Shown: piece by piece, positions 13,027-27,355 of the stretch
Numbering within the stretch: the stretch's first letter is position 1
Layout of the letters: each line of letters starts with the position of its first letter
Source of the DNA: the human T2T-CHM13v2.0 reference genome, Homo sapiens
Assembly: GCF_009914755.1 (NCBI RefSeq)
Contig: NC_060930.1
Reading direction: 5' to 3' (one strand)
DNA length: 64,000 nt
Notes under the pieces: model-generated
Seen by the model: only the letters and a program-made list of their open reading frames with translations
Databases searched by the model: none
Told to the model about the DNA's origin: nothing
Position numbers and translations under genes: made by a program

Positions 13027-13203
13027 GTAAAGACATAAGTCAATGGATTTAGGGCCCACTTTGACATAGTATGACCTCATCTTAACTTTTTTACATCTGC
13101 AAAAATCCTATTTCTAAATAAAATCACAGGCACAGACAGTGGTGGGCTGGGAGGTTAGGACTTGGACACATACCTTCCTGGGGTGCGTAGCTCAACAGCT
13201 ACA
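13027..13203 (-). mobile_element. MLT1B/C LTR, right part
   Basis: 'agtcaatggatttagggcccactttgacatagtatgacctcatcttaact...acatctgcaaaaatcctatttctaaata'. Confidence 0.8.
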
Positions 13204-13556
13204 GAAAATGATACAAAACTTCAAAAATAACATATAAATATCAAAATATTAAAAGAGGCCTTAGTAAAATTGATAAAACCTTCATATATAGTTTTTGGCA
13301 AAAGTAACTAGTATGTTCTACCTATCAGAGTCAAATAGTGATTGGTGTTCTTTTGTACATCCACATAGTTTTGTCAGAAAAATTATGACTCTTCCTCCTG
13401 CCCTAAATCAATACTTGTTCTCACTGGTTCTATGAAACATTGCAGTTATGATGATAATTTATTTTGTTAAACAAGAGGTTTTTTAAAGCTCTCTCTCTCT
13501 TTTTTTTTTTTTTTTTTTTTGGTTTATTGTTCAATATATAATCCAGTCCTAACCAC

Positions 13557-13872
13557 TTTTTTTTTTTCTTTTTTGAGATAGAGTCTCACTCTGTCACCCA
13601 GGCTGGAGTGCAGTGGCACGATCTCAGCTCACTGCAAGCTCCGGCTCACTGCAAGCTCCGCCTCCCGGGTTCACGCCATTCTCCTGCCTCTGCCTCCGGA
13701 GTAGCTGGGACTACAGGCACCCGCCACCACACCCGGCTAATTTTTTGTGTTTTTAGTAGAGATGGGGTTTCACAGTGTTAGCCAAGATGGTCTCGATCTC
13801 CTGACCTTGTGATCAGCCAGCCTCGGCCCCCCAAAGTGCTGGGATTACAGGCGTGAGCCACCGCGCCCGGCC
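13557..13872 (-). mobile_element. AluY with an internal 17-bp tandem duplication
   Basis: AluY diagnostics 'gcaagctccgcctcccgggttcacgccattctcc'. TSD ctaacca (13549-13555 / 13873-13879). Confidence 0.95.
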
Positions 13873-15705
13873 CTAACCATATAATTTTAGACACATTGTC
13901 CCTGCTTGAAACTGGTTAATTTATTGTAATCTCTTTCCGTAATAATTGACCTTATAAAATGAGAATGTTTGTACAGTGAGTGGTATTTTATAAGGTGTTT
14001 CCTTTTAAAAGATAGACATATTTTCACAGCCATTTCAATTTGCCTTTTTTTCTGTAAAGGTCTTTTATTTTAACACATTAAGGGTTAGGCTCGTCTGACA
14101 CTTATAACAGATCTTATCATATCAGCTCTTCTTTAAAGAAATTAATAATTATGTAGGAGTGATATTTATTTCAGTGGATGATACCTTCATTTAAACACTA
14201 AAAACTTTAGCAGCATTGAGTTATATTTTACCAAACTTCAGGTTATTGGGTGCTGGAGAAACTGGGACACTTGAAACAAATGTTTTCAAACTTTAAAGGA
14301 ATCATAAACATATTTGTTTTTGGTGTCATAGTATGTGCGAATGTCTACAAAGGGATATTTGGCAAACATGCTTTCAGCTGACTGGAGTACACCCAGTCTA
14401 CATCCCTAAATGTTTCCATTTTTATTTCTCCTTTTATTCATTTGTCATGATCAAACTGGTTTGTGTACATGCCTTTTGTGTGTATGCTTCTGATTTCAAA
14501 TTTACTGTTATCTTCATGTCTCAATTTCAGTGTAGTTTGTGTGTGTTTGTTTTCATAGGAATTTCCTTGTCTTATCTGGCCCTTGTCATTGAGTTAAGGA
14601 AGTGAATAAATGTACACAAGAATTTATATTATCTATTTAAAGTTAATATAAACTGCATATAAGTACTGAGATGTACAAAATAAGGAAAAAAATTAATGGA
14701 ACATTAAGTTAGTCACAAAAATTTTCCAAATTATACATGCTGTGTTAAGCTTTAAAATTACATATTTATGTTTTCTACATAGGGGTCTTGCGTTTCAGAA
14801 AGATTTTAAGAGCCCTGAGGGCAGAGGTCTCACCTTCTGGTTCACAAACTTTCACAAAAATACAGGCTACTGTCTTTGTGTGGTGGGTCCTTTCTATTCC
14901 TTCCTCTGTGATTTCCCTGTCCAAATACACACTGCCCTATTCTTTTCTTGCATATTCATCTCATGATCATTGCCAAAGCCTTCTCAAACTGGCTAAAATG
15001 GCCTTCCTACTCTGTTCAGCATTCTCTCTTCCATCTATTTTGCTAAATTGCAAATTTTTATTCTTTTGAGAAATGTCCTTTAAGTAATTAAAAGGGCAGT
15101 AATTTTTTTTTCTAATTTTTAAGTACATAGGTTTCATTTGCTTCTACACTAAACTGTGCTTTTCTTAATGCAGTAAAACATATTCTGGTATAATTTTAAA
15201 ACTACTTCTGTTTGTAATTTCATTTTATTTATTTAAAAGGGTTATTGGGCCTTCAGATTAGACATCTAACACTGTAAATGTAATGCATCTGAATTTCACT
15301 GGGCATTAAAAGAAAACTTTTAATGGTACTTTTTACCCTGTCAAAGGTCTTGTTGATATTTGTATAGTCATGTACATGAATAACACAAAAATATTCTCAT
15401 TGGAATTTGTAATTGACATAAATAGTCTGATACAAAATAAAGACCCAAAAAAGACATTTAACATTAATATATTATGAAAATAAAAAATTCCTCAGAAAAA
15501 ATATCTGACTATGGCTTCTTCTGCCTTCTGAGAAGTGGTGATGAGTTGAATGATTACTTATGGAAGAAGATACTGGGTGTCAATCCTTTCTCTTTACAGA
15601 GAGCTACAAGAAGGAACTCTAACCTAGAATTTGATATTTTAAATGATATAATTTTTATCCTCAGCAAGTTTTCTCATTGTTAAAACTGTGAGACCCTGTA
15701 TTGGG

Positions 15706-15709
15706 GTGT

Positions 15710-15746
<37 letters not shown>
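15706..15746. repeat. (TG)n microsatellite
   Basis: About 20 TG units with one interruption. Confidence 0.95.
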
Positions 15747-15749
<3 letters not shown>

Positions 15750-16167
15750 TTTAGACAAAGAAAAAATCAGAGAGGTAATTGTTAATTTGTACTCATGCAA
15801 CATAAGCTCTGAACCAAGCAAGAGGTAGGAGTTAATGTTCATGTTCATTCAATGAACACTTTATCAAATGAATATTCTTCTCAAGTTAGAGCTGCCCTTA
15901 GTTCACTGATTGTTAGAGAATTCATCCTTTCAGGGAGGAGGGGTCTTGCTATCCTTCAGGACACATGTGGCTAGATATGGTGATGAAGGAAAGCAATGGG
16001 TACTGAGAGAGGAGATTGGAGCAAGTGCCATCTTGTTTCACAGGGACACACTTATCCAAATAGAGATAACTCAGGTCCTTTTAATCATCACCTTTCATAC
16101 AATCTTTTTCCCATGGTGTTTTCCTCTTTTCCTTCTCATTCTCCTTCTTCTTGTTCCTCTTCTTCTT

Positions 16168-16237
16168 CTTTTATTTTATTTTATTTTAGATTCAGGGGGT
16201 ACACATGAAGGTTTGTTACATGGGTATATTGTGTAAC
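16168..16237 (-). mobile_element. L1PB/L1PA15-16-like extreme 3'-end fragment
   Basis: (tttta)n tail followed by 'gattcagggggtacacatgaaggtttgttacatgggtatattgtg'. Confidence 0.75.
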
Positions 16238-17219
16238 AGTGTTCATGATTTCTTTTTTAGGGCTGTTCTTTACAACCCTGTTAACAACAAATATCCTGCC
16301 TAAATGTAATCCACACTCCACGTCTCCCACGGATGTTTTTCCTATCACAGCATTCTGTAGTAAACCATTCTTAGCTCAATGAACTTGGCTTTAGCTGCTC
16401 TTTCTCAAAATACTCTTTTGAGGCAAGAAGATGGAGAGAGTAACACATCAAGTTTGATTCTTATTTTTAAAATTTACTTTATTTCAAGGAGCAGGAAAAT
16501 ACACATTCTAATTTCACTGAAGATGAAACCAACTTAGGTATTCTAAAGGTCTGTTAGGCACCTAAAAGCATAAACTGAACAAGAGCAGAAGCTGAAATCA
16601 TTTCTGGCAGATAGCACATGAGAATCAAGAAAAAATCCATCTTCAACAGTAATGTCAGGGAATGCCTTCTGAATAAAATCTATGGATTCTTCTTATGAGT
16701 CATATCTTCATTCTCACCTCTAGAAAGCTGGGCTCTGCCCCTGTCAAGACCCACACTGAAGTGAAATATAATTAGAGGCATACTATCAATATTTCATATA
16801 CCTTAAACTGTCTGAAGACAAGAGTGTTACAGTCAGAAAGGAATCATTCACTCTTTTAATTTCAGACCCTTTTGCTTCTTTTCTAGGCTTATATGAAAAG
16901 GCTCAAAGAAAGAAGGTAGAATCTTTGCATGAACTGAAGCAAACACAACTGTAATATAACCAGCTTCCTGGGATACACAATTGTCATAGACAAGAGAAAC
17001 CAGAAGAATAACTAGATCACTACAATAGCAACCGGTCAATTTGGACTGACTGTGGGATCAGAGAGCTGATGTACTACAACAGAAGAAGAAATTAAGAACT
17101 AGAACTAGTTTCCATCAGCCACTCCAGAGTCAAAACAACGTAATGTAACCACAGGTGTAAAATTCATCATCTTCACAGAACTAAGAATTTTGCAGTATCT
17201 GTACACTAAAGGGACAGAA

Positions 17220-18859
<1,640 letters not shown>

Positions 18860-19497
18860 TGTATTAGTTTTATATTACTACATAATAAATTACCACAATC
18901 ACAGCAGCTTAAACCATCATCTATTTGTTAGCTCATGGTTTTGTAGACTAGAAGACTGGCACAATGTGGCTGTGTTCTATGATCAGGGTATCACAAAGCT
19001 AAAATTCACGTATTGGTCAGGAGAAGTTCTCATCTAGAGGCTGCAGGTAAAAGATCGGGTTCAAGCTGACTCTTGCTATTGGCAGAATTGGTTTCCTTGG
19101 AACTGTAGAACTAAGTTTCTGTTTCCTTGTTGCCCCTATTTAGAAGCCACTCTCAACTCCTAAAGCTGACCCATATTCCTTGCCATGTGGACCTCTCTAT
19201 CTTAAAGCCAGTAATGGCACATTGAATCCTTCCCATGCTTTTTGAATCTCTGACTGTTTCTGACCTCTAGACTCAGATTTGCTGGGCGTGGGTGATAGTC
19301 GATCCCACCTGGATAGTCGCCCTATTTTAAAGTCAATTCATTTGGAAACTAAATTACATATACAACTTTCCTTTTTTCAGTGTAAGGTAACATGTTCATG
19401 GGAATAAAAGCCATCATATCCACAGGCCAACAGATTACACAAGTTATACAACACAAAACAAGGATCTTGGAGGCTGTCATAAAATTGTGCCTAACTC
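18860..19497 (-). mobile_element. MLT1E/F-like LTR (5' LTR of the MaLR element)
   Basis: Starts 'tgtattagttttatattactacataataaattaccacaa' and ends 'ggatcttggaggctgtcataaaattgtgcctaac'. Confidence 0.8.
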
Positions 19498-20244
19498 TGT
19501 ATCCCAGTGTCACATAGCAGTCTCCAAGCTGGTGCTTCCACTGTGCCTTAAACACAATGTTGAAAGTTTAGCAGCCTCTGGGAAGTGTAGTATATGATGG
19601 AACTAGTGGATTCCACAGTCCTGTGACAACCCCAAATATCTCTTGCTATATAGTAGATTCCTTGGTCTCCATAAAATTATGTAGTATTCCCATGTCAGCA
19701 GATCCAATGCAATTTATGACATTGGAGAGTGATGCTTGTTATGGTTCTGCATACAAGAAGGGCAAAATCACACCAGGAATATAGATGGCTGATAGTCAGA
19801 AAGAATTACTGCCCCTTCCAGGATGTAAGGTATCTAATATAGCCAACTTATCACCAAGTACCTTATTTGTTTCCTCTAGAGATTGTGTTATACTGGGGGC
19901 TTGACTTGAATATATGTTGGATATTTGGCAATGGCAATAACTAGATCTGCATTGATGAGTGGGAACCCATGCCATGGGCTCATGCATAACCTCCATTGCT
20001 GCTATCATGACTACTCCATTCCATGTACCCTCCATGCCGGCCCTGGGCTGGCTAATGATAGAGATTGGCAAATGTCACCTGTAAAAGACATTCTGTCTAA
20101 TTGGCTATCTAGTGTCTCTAATGGACTAAATGACACAGGTGAACTTGATATGTATAATACAAATAGCTTCATATTTTGCATCCATTCTCATAGATCAGTC
20201 TATATGCCTCTTCTCCATATCTCCTTCTATTGGACTGACCCTGT

Positions 20245-20664
20245 CCACATCTGAATCCCCAAAACATGTGAAAGTTACATTTGAAGAAAAAAGTCTTTGC
20301 ATATGTAACTAAATATCTTGACATGAGTATATTATTTTAGAGTATCTGGGTGGGCCCTAAATCCAATAACACGTGTCCTTCTAAGAGATACACAGAGAAG
20401 ACAGAAGAAGACAAGTACGACACAATGTGACCACAGAAGCAGAGATTGGAATAGGTGACTACAATTTAAGGAATTCTAACATCCACCAGATGCTGGAAGA
20501 GGCAAAGGATAGATTCTCCCTAGAGGCTTCAGGGGATTTTGGTTCTGCCAACACTTTGATTTCACACTTCTGGACTCCCAAACTGTGAGAGATTAAATGT
20601 CTATTGTTCTAAGTCACCAATTTTGTGGTAATATTTATTATGGCAGTCCTAAGAAGCTAAAATG
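20245..20664 (+). mobile_element. MLT1B/C LTR nested in ERVL pol
   Basis: 'gggtgggccctaaatccaat...ccaccagatgctggaagaggcaaagg...aactgtgagagattaaatgtctattgtt'. Confidence 0.85.
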
Positions 20665-21963
20665 CCTTGTTTTCCTGATCTTCCAACATTTTTAAAGCTC
20701 CTGACCAACTAGCCAATCCATTTATTTTCACAAAAAGTAAATGACCAGGTACCCTACTCAAAGCTTTGTCCTTCAGAGAATTTTCCTGCACTAGTCTTTT
20801 CAATATGATTTCTGAGTGGGATAGTAGTTTAGCAGTAATTCATTTTCTATTACATATGGCTCAAGAAGCAGGGCGACTTGTACTGCAGGCTTCTTTTTGC
20901 AGACCCCTTGTGTTATCTAGTTAATGCGTTAGCATGAGTTTACCAAGGATTGCCCTTCCTTCTTATTTGGTGAAGGTGTGGAATTTAACAATATATTCTT
21001 TATTTTGAGGGGGTGCTTTAGCATTTCACAGACTACTGACCTCCTAAAATCTTCCCTGATTGCAAACCCTTATATCTTCATAGGTTTTTATCTCCTACTC
21101 TCTAGAGTATATAGGTATATTTAGAGGATATGTGTCTTTCTAAAGCCTCCAACAGACTTATCATTTTGTGCTTTTCTTGTTCTAATCATATGATTTATTC
21201 AATATACTGTTCCAATTAAGATAGTCCAATATAGATGTTTCTGGTCCCCTTAGATAATATAACAGAGGGCAAGAAAATTAACATGGTACTGGGGCAAGAT
21301 TATAAATGTATTTGATTTTCCATCTTTCTGTTCCTTTTTCTGATAAGTATGGAAAAGAACACATACACCAGCTCAATGTCCAAATATATACCTAAAGCCA
21401 TGTTGACTTACCTTAGCAAAGATAACACACCAGCCATAGCAGCTCTGACTTTATGGAAGTTCACTTTCATTTTCCAGGCTCTGACTAAATTTTGTTGTGG
21501 CCAGACTCGTAAACTAAATGGGAATAAGATAGAAAACACTACCATCATATGCTTGAGGTCTGAAATGTTGTCAATGATTTTTATAATTATTTCTAGAAGT
21601 GGTATCATTTTTATTTAACATCATTTAATATAGTTCATTCATACCTTGAAGAGATGAAAAAATTTTCAGTATTTTTCACTTGTCTTTCCCCACTCTAATA
21701 TTCCTTACCATATGCACCAAACAACAAATGTGAGGGTATTTTTTTTCCAATTACTAAGTCAGTCCATTCAGTTATACATATGGAGATAGGACATGACCCC
21801 CAGCTGGAATTACTGACCTACTATACCCACTGAGTACAAGAGAACATTGATAATCAGTACTCTTATGCCTCCATTTTAAGAAGTGAACTAATGGGGATGT
21901 TATAGCTCCCAGGTTATAAATGTCTTGGCTCTGTTCTACTAAGTCCTAAAAATGTTTGCTTAT

Positions 21964-22241
21964 GGCTGGGCGAGATGGCTTTTGCCTGTAATCCCAGCAC
22001 TTTGGGAGGCCGAGGCAGGCAGATCGTCTGAGGCCAGGAGTTCGAAACCAGCCTGGCCAACTTGGTGAAACCCCGTCTCTACTAAAAATACAAAAATTAA
22101 CCAGGCTATAATCTCAGCTGCTCTGGAGGCTGAGGCAGGAGAATCGCTTGAACCTGGGAGGCAGTGAGCCCAGATCACGCTGTTGCACTCCACCCTGGCA
22201 ACAGAGAAAGAGTCCGTCTCAATTAAAAAAAAAAAAAAAAA
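21964..22241 (+). mobile_element. AluSx/Sz-like with two small internal deletions, nested in ERVL
   Basis: Dimeric Alu with poly(A). Imperfect TSD aaaaatgtttgcttat / aaaaagtctgcttat. Confidence 0.95.
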
Positions 22242-23604
22242 GTCTGCTTATTAGCCTTTACCTGGTACGCAGTTACCCAAGTAAATTGCCATATGTAACT
22301 TTGGGGGAACACTGAGGAATCATTAACCTATCAGTACATTTACTGTGATGTTGTAGGAACATTCCTCCTAGGGAGCCTGCTTATTCTTCAGTCAGTGGTT
22401 CTGCATTCTAGAAACTAAATCAGATCTGGAAACGGAGCAAGGAATTGTGTCTTTTTGCTGCAGTGGCTTTACTCAGCTTCTTGATTACCCATGCATTATT
22501 TCTTTTGGATGTAGAGACTGAGCAACACTCGTGTTGACTGCCCATCTAATCTGCGTCTATAGATGTCTGCTCCATTAACTATTTCTATAGCTCTCTGTGA
22601 GTTAGTCCACAGTCGACTCTTTGATCTTGCTAGTCATTACAATAAGTGCATCTACCTTGTTTCTTTGGGTAAATACTACCATCTTCATTTCGTTATTTTT
22701 AGTATTTTATAATATCCATTGCAACCAGAGATCCTATTTATGTAACATCTCTTACCACAAGCTCTATCTTACAAAGGACAGCCACCACTGAACTTCTCCA
22801 TGATGTCAGTTCGTTTCTCAGTAGAGCTTTGGTAAATGAGTGTCCTCTAGTAACTCCCAGAGGACAAATCAGGTGGTGGCTTTTGTGGCCTTAACCATAA
22901 CTACTGGTCTGCTGGCCAGGAGGGGATGAGCAGTGGATCTGAAGGAGAGATGTGTTGTCTTGTAAGTCACAAGCCTTGGTATTGTTTTCAGGTAAATGGG
23001 GTATTCACACCTTTAAGAGGGATACATGGGGCAACTTTTGCAAGCCCCAAAACTTACACTGATGTTGGTGTCATTGTTCCATATCTCAGGTTTCACATCT
23101 GACAGGGATCCGGATTGAGAATTAAAATATCTCAAGAACTGTGCTACTTTTACTATTAAGTAATGAGCTTAAGATTTTCTTTCTCCATAAAATCCCAAGA
23201 TTTTTCTATCTTCTGCTTGAAGGAAATTAGAGTCTTTTTAATGCTGTCTAGGAGGCCTTCTACCTTTATTTGTTATTAAGAATTCCTGGCTTTTCATTTT
23301 ATCTCTCAATATGTCAAATGTCCCAGTTCCATACTCATTATTACAATTGTCCTCATATTTATCAAATGCTGAAAATATTCTGCTTGTCAGTTCATTCTCT
23401 TCCACTTGATCTATTACCCCAGTTAACCTCCAGCTGAAGCTGTAAAGTTGCAGCATGGCAATCTGCTATGGGCTATTCATAATGAAAAATTTTAATATTT
23501 CCTTATGCTTCATTATGGACTATCACCAGTGGTAGGGCTCTGATTGCTGGTGAGCTGGTGGTTGGCACAGCTCGAAATTCCTCTTTTCAGGCCTTTCTTT
23601 AACT

Positions 23605-24030
23605 ATTTCTGATTCCAGGTTTCTTAGGAAGCAGGGTCTTACTCAGAGATTTGCAAGTAGAAAGTTCATTAGGGAGTGCTCTTGAGATCAATGTGTTTAG
23701 GGAGGTAAAGGAAGCAGGACGGGGAAGAGTGTTAACTGGACTGTGATGAAGTTGAAACAAAGACCTCAGTTGATTACATGAGGTTGATATGAGGCTTATA
23801 TGGCTGATATCGCTCTTTGAAGTCATCCTAAATTGGAGAAATGGGACAAAAGCTTTATCCCCCTGCATCTGCCAATTATAACTTTGAGTGAGACAGCTCT
23901 TTAGCCCAGTCCAAGTACCAGAAAAAGACTTAGCTAAAATCTATCAGCTACCATCACTCCTGAAGCTGTGGTGATGAGTGCTTCAATCTTGGGGAAGAAG
24001 TGCTGGAGAAACATGAAATCCCATAGGATC
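23605..24030 (-). mobile_element. LTR16-family ERVL LTR (probable 5' LTR of the adjacent provirus)
   Basis: 'ggaagcagggtcttactcagagatttgcaagtagaaagttcattagggagtgctcttgagatcaa' matches the recalled LTR16 antisense. Its orientation fits the adjacent internal region. Confidence 0.65.
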
Positions 24031-24149
24031 ATAATCCATGGTTTTATTTTCTGTTTATTCTTTTTTCACTCTCTCTCTTTCTTTCTGTCTCTTGGTCTCT
24101 CTCTGTTACCCAAATGTGGTATTTGGGTAATTTTAAAATTATAAGACAA

Positions 24150-24530
24150 TGTTATAGACTGAATATCTATGTCCACACAAAATTTATATGTTGAATTAAG
24201 CCCTAACCTCTACTGTGATGGTATTTGAAGATGAAACCTTTGAGAGTCAATTAAAATTAAATGAATTCATGAGGGTAATGCTTTCATGCGGGAATAATGG
24301 TCTCAGGAATAATGATCTCATAAGAGGCTTGCACCTACTGAGAAAAGACCATGTGAGGACCTAACAGGAAGTTGGCCACCTACCAACCAGGAAGAGGGCT
24401 CTCAGCATGAACTGAGTCACCTGGAGCCTCGAACTTCGACTTTCTTTCCTCCAAAACTATGAGAAAATAAATGTATTCTTTAAGCCATCCAATACATGTT
24501 ATTTTGTTAATGGCAGCCCACACTAAGATA
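24150..24530 (+). mobile_element. MLT1A-like solo LTR
   Basis: tgttatagactgaat...tttgttaatggcagcccacactaagata. Confidence 0.8.
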
Positions 24531-24713
24531 GTCAGTTTTAAGACTATGATATAAACATAGAGAAAGCAGTATGGACATATGGCAGTACAATTGTGAGACA
24601 AGCAAGGATGTTGGACAAAGAATGGAATATATCACTCACCATCCAAACAACCAATAGCACAAATTCCACTCACAGACTTCAGCCTCTTAGTATAATAGTA
24701 TACTTGGATAACA

Positions 24714-25015
<302 letters not shown>

Positions 25016-25927
25016 TCAATATTTTATCATGTTTAAAATATTATCTTTATCTGGGAACAAGGAAGAAATCTGACTCATTTATGTAAATTATCATTGGAAG
25101 GCTAACTATCTGATGAACCTATGAAAATTGTTTTTTTAAATAACTAGAAAAAACCAATCTTCTATTTCTCTCTTCTGGTAAATTTAGTTTATATAGTTTA
25201 TATATACTGCTGAATATAGTTTAAATATTCCCATCAAATTGTTTCTCATACTGAGAACAGAAGAGATCCCAATGTCAAATCTAATTTTAAAATTTAAAAT
25301 ATTTTTCTGCATTTATGACATGCGTCTGTAGTGTGACATATCTTCAGATGCCAGATGCCTTTTTATGATACTTTTTTTCAATCCCTTTGGCAAAATTCTG
25401 AACTCCATATCTTTGATATTTATGCATTTGCCTTTATCCTTGATCTTAATTTATGCTATAACTTGTTTATCTTTTCTACTTTCTCATTTTTCACTTTCAT
25501 ACTTCACAATTAATTAATTTCTGCTAAAAATGTTTCTTTACTGCTATGGCTCATATATTGATTTCAAAAGTGTTCATGAGATGGTCTCTATGATTGAAAC
25601 AGAAATATATATTAAAGTAAGAAAAAACATTTTAGATTAGCCTTAATCTCTTAAGATTAACAAAATAGATGGTTATTTTTAAGTCCAGGCACCAGATTTG
25701 TCAGTAGGTGAGTCTTGAGATGATAACAATGCCCTGACATTGACTCAATTCTGCCTTGAATATCCTCTGGAGCTCCAGATATTTGTAGCAGACAAATGCA
25801 ATCCAATGTTCATTTCTGAATCCCTAAATATTAGATTCATGACATAATAAAATATTGTTTTATGCTAATTTGCATCAAGGCATAATTAGGGTAGAAAAAA
25901 TAAGATAAATGCTGTTTTCTCTGAGAG

Positions 25928-26170
25928 TAATAATTATGACAATAGCAAATATTTATTGAAGGTTTAATATGTATCAATCATTTTGCTAAGTATTTCTCAT
26001 ATACTGTCTTATTGAAGGTTTAATATATATCAATCATTTTGCTAAGTATTTCTCATATACTCTCTTACCTAATACGCAAACAACAATCTGATAAAATATT
26101 TTTATTTTTCTCACATTTGCTAGAGGAATAAACACGGACTTACAGAAGTTACATAGTGTACAAAGGTAAG
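25928..26170 (-). mobile_element. MIR containing a 56-bp tandem duplication
   Basis: 'aatagcaaatatttattgaagg' start and a MIR core-like 'cacatttgctagaggaataaacacggacttacagaagtta'. Confidence 0.6.
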
Positions 26171-27066
26171 TTAGGGCTTGATTGAAGAAACTAGAATCAG
26201 CTCTAATGAAATTAATTTAAAAGTCATTGCTGTGGCATTGTAAATGGCTTACAGAATTGTTAGCAGAGAAGCAGACAATCGGTGAAGTTTAAGGATGAAT
26301 TCCATATGAAATGTCCCAAAACTGGGTTACAGTGTTTTCCCATGTTTCTTCCCTGACATGGAACTCATTCAATTAGGAAATAATTTTAGAGTTGATGGGT
26401 TTAAAACCTCACCACTTCTGCATGTAAAACAGAAGCTCATGCCTTGTTTCTCCTTACTTCAGATTCCTTTTGTTTAAGAGCACTTAAAGGTGAAACTTAC
26501 ATTCCATTCAGAATAATACATGCAAGAGAGTCTGTGGCATGTAAGTTTAGCAGCACACTAGAAGGAAGTTGAAACCAATGTTAGTAAACAATCATTCAGT
26601 ATTCTCAACACTTATGAGTGACAAAACTAGGTTAAACTGCTTTTCTTTTCTAAGACCATTTCTGGATACATTTTATCTTTCTTTTTTATTCTCATGTTCT
26701 CTTGTGTGCATATTTGAGCATGTATGTCCCTCTGCTCTTCTTGAAAGACAAATTTGTTCCTTTCTTCCAATGCTTATCATTATCATCATCATCCAATATT
26801 AATATGACAAGGAAAAAGAAGAGATACCACAGCAGGCATCTCTTCAACTGAAAATGGAACACCAACCAGCCACCGAGAAACATGGGATCACAATAAATGA
26901 TGAGCTTGAAGATGAGTACAAATAACCAAGATAAGACATTTTTATTCCTGAACTCCCTGGATAATGACAGGAAAAAATGTAAGCAAGAGTACAACATCTT
27001 GTTTTGTGAAGAAAAACATGTGGCAAAGCGCTAGAGCTTCAGAGCACTTCTGAGTTCATTTAGTTT

Positions 27067-27355
27067 TTTTTTTTTTTTTTTTTTAATTTATTTTATTTTT
27101 TTTATTTTATTATTTTTTTTATTATACTTTAAGTTTTAGGGTACATGTGCACATTGTGCAGGTTAGTTACATATGTATACATGTGCCATGCTGGTGCGCT
27201 GCACCCACTAACTCATCATCTAGCATTAGGTATATCTCCCAATGCTATCCCTCCCCGCTCCCCCCATCCCACCACAGTCCCCAGAGTGTGATATTCCCCT
27301 TCCTGTGTCCATGTGATCTCATTGTTCAATTCCCACCTATGAGTGAGAATATGCG
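27067..27355 (-). mobile_element. Young, severely 5'-truncated L1PA2
   Basis: Near-consensus 3' UTR. The sense strand reads 'ctagatgatgagttagtggg' (GAG class, not Ta ACA) and 'aaaacttaaagtat'. Long poly(T). Perfect 15-bp TSD gagttcatttagttt (27052-27066, 27356-27370). Confidence 0.93.

Larger units (their letters stand above)
19498..23600 (-). mobile_element. Decayed ERVL-class internal region (HERV16/ERV3-16A3-like gag-pol)
   Basis: Frameshifted minus-strand translation gives ERVL integrase-like pieces: 'GFPLINADLVIAIAKYPT', 'VGYIRYLTSWKGQ', 'GIH*FHHILHFPEAA', 'FKAQWKHQLG'. There are many stops. Confidence 0.75.

Noticed and set aside
19349-23456. Domesticated retroviral gene
   Set aside because: The ERVL gag/pol remnants are riddled with stops, frameshifts and nested insertions.
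26806-26925. Coding-looking frame DKEKEEIPQQASLQLKMEHQPATEKHGITINDELEDEYK*
   Set aside because: Only ~39 codons, with an in-frame stop just upstream, no convincing acceptor and no protein I recognise.
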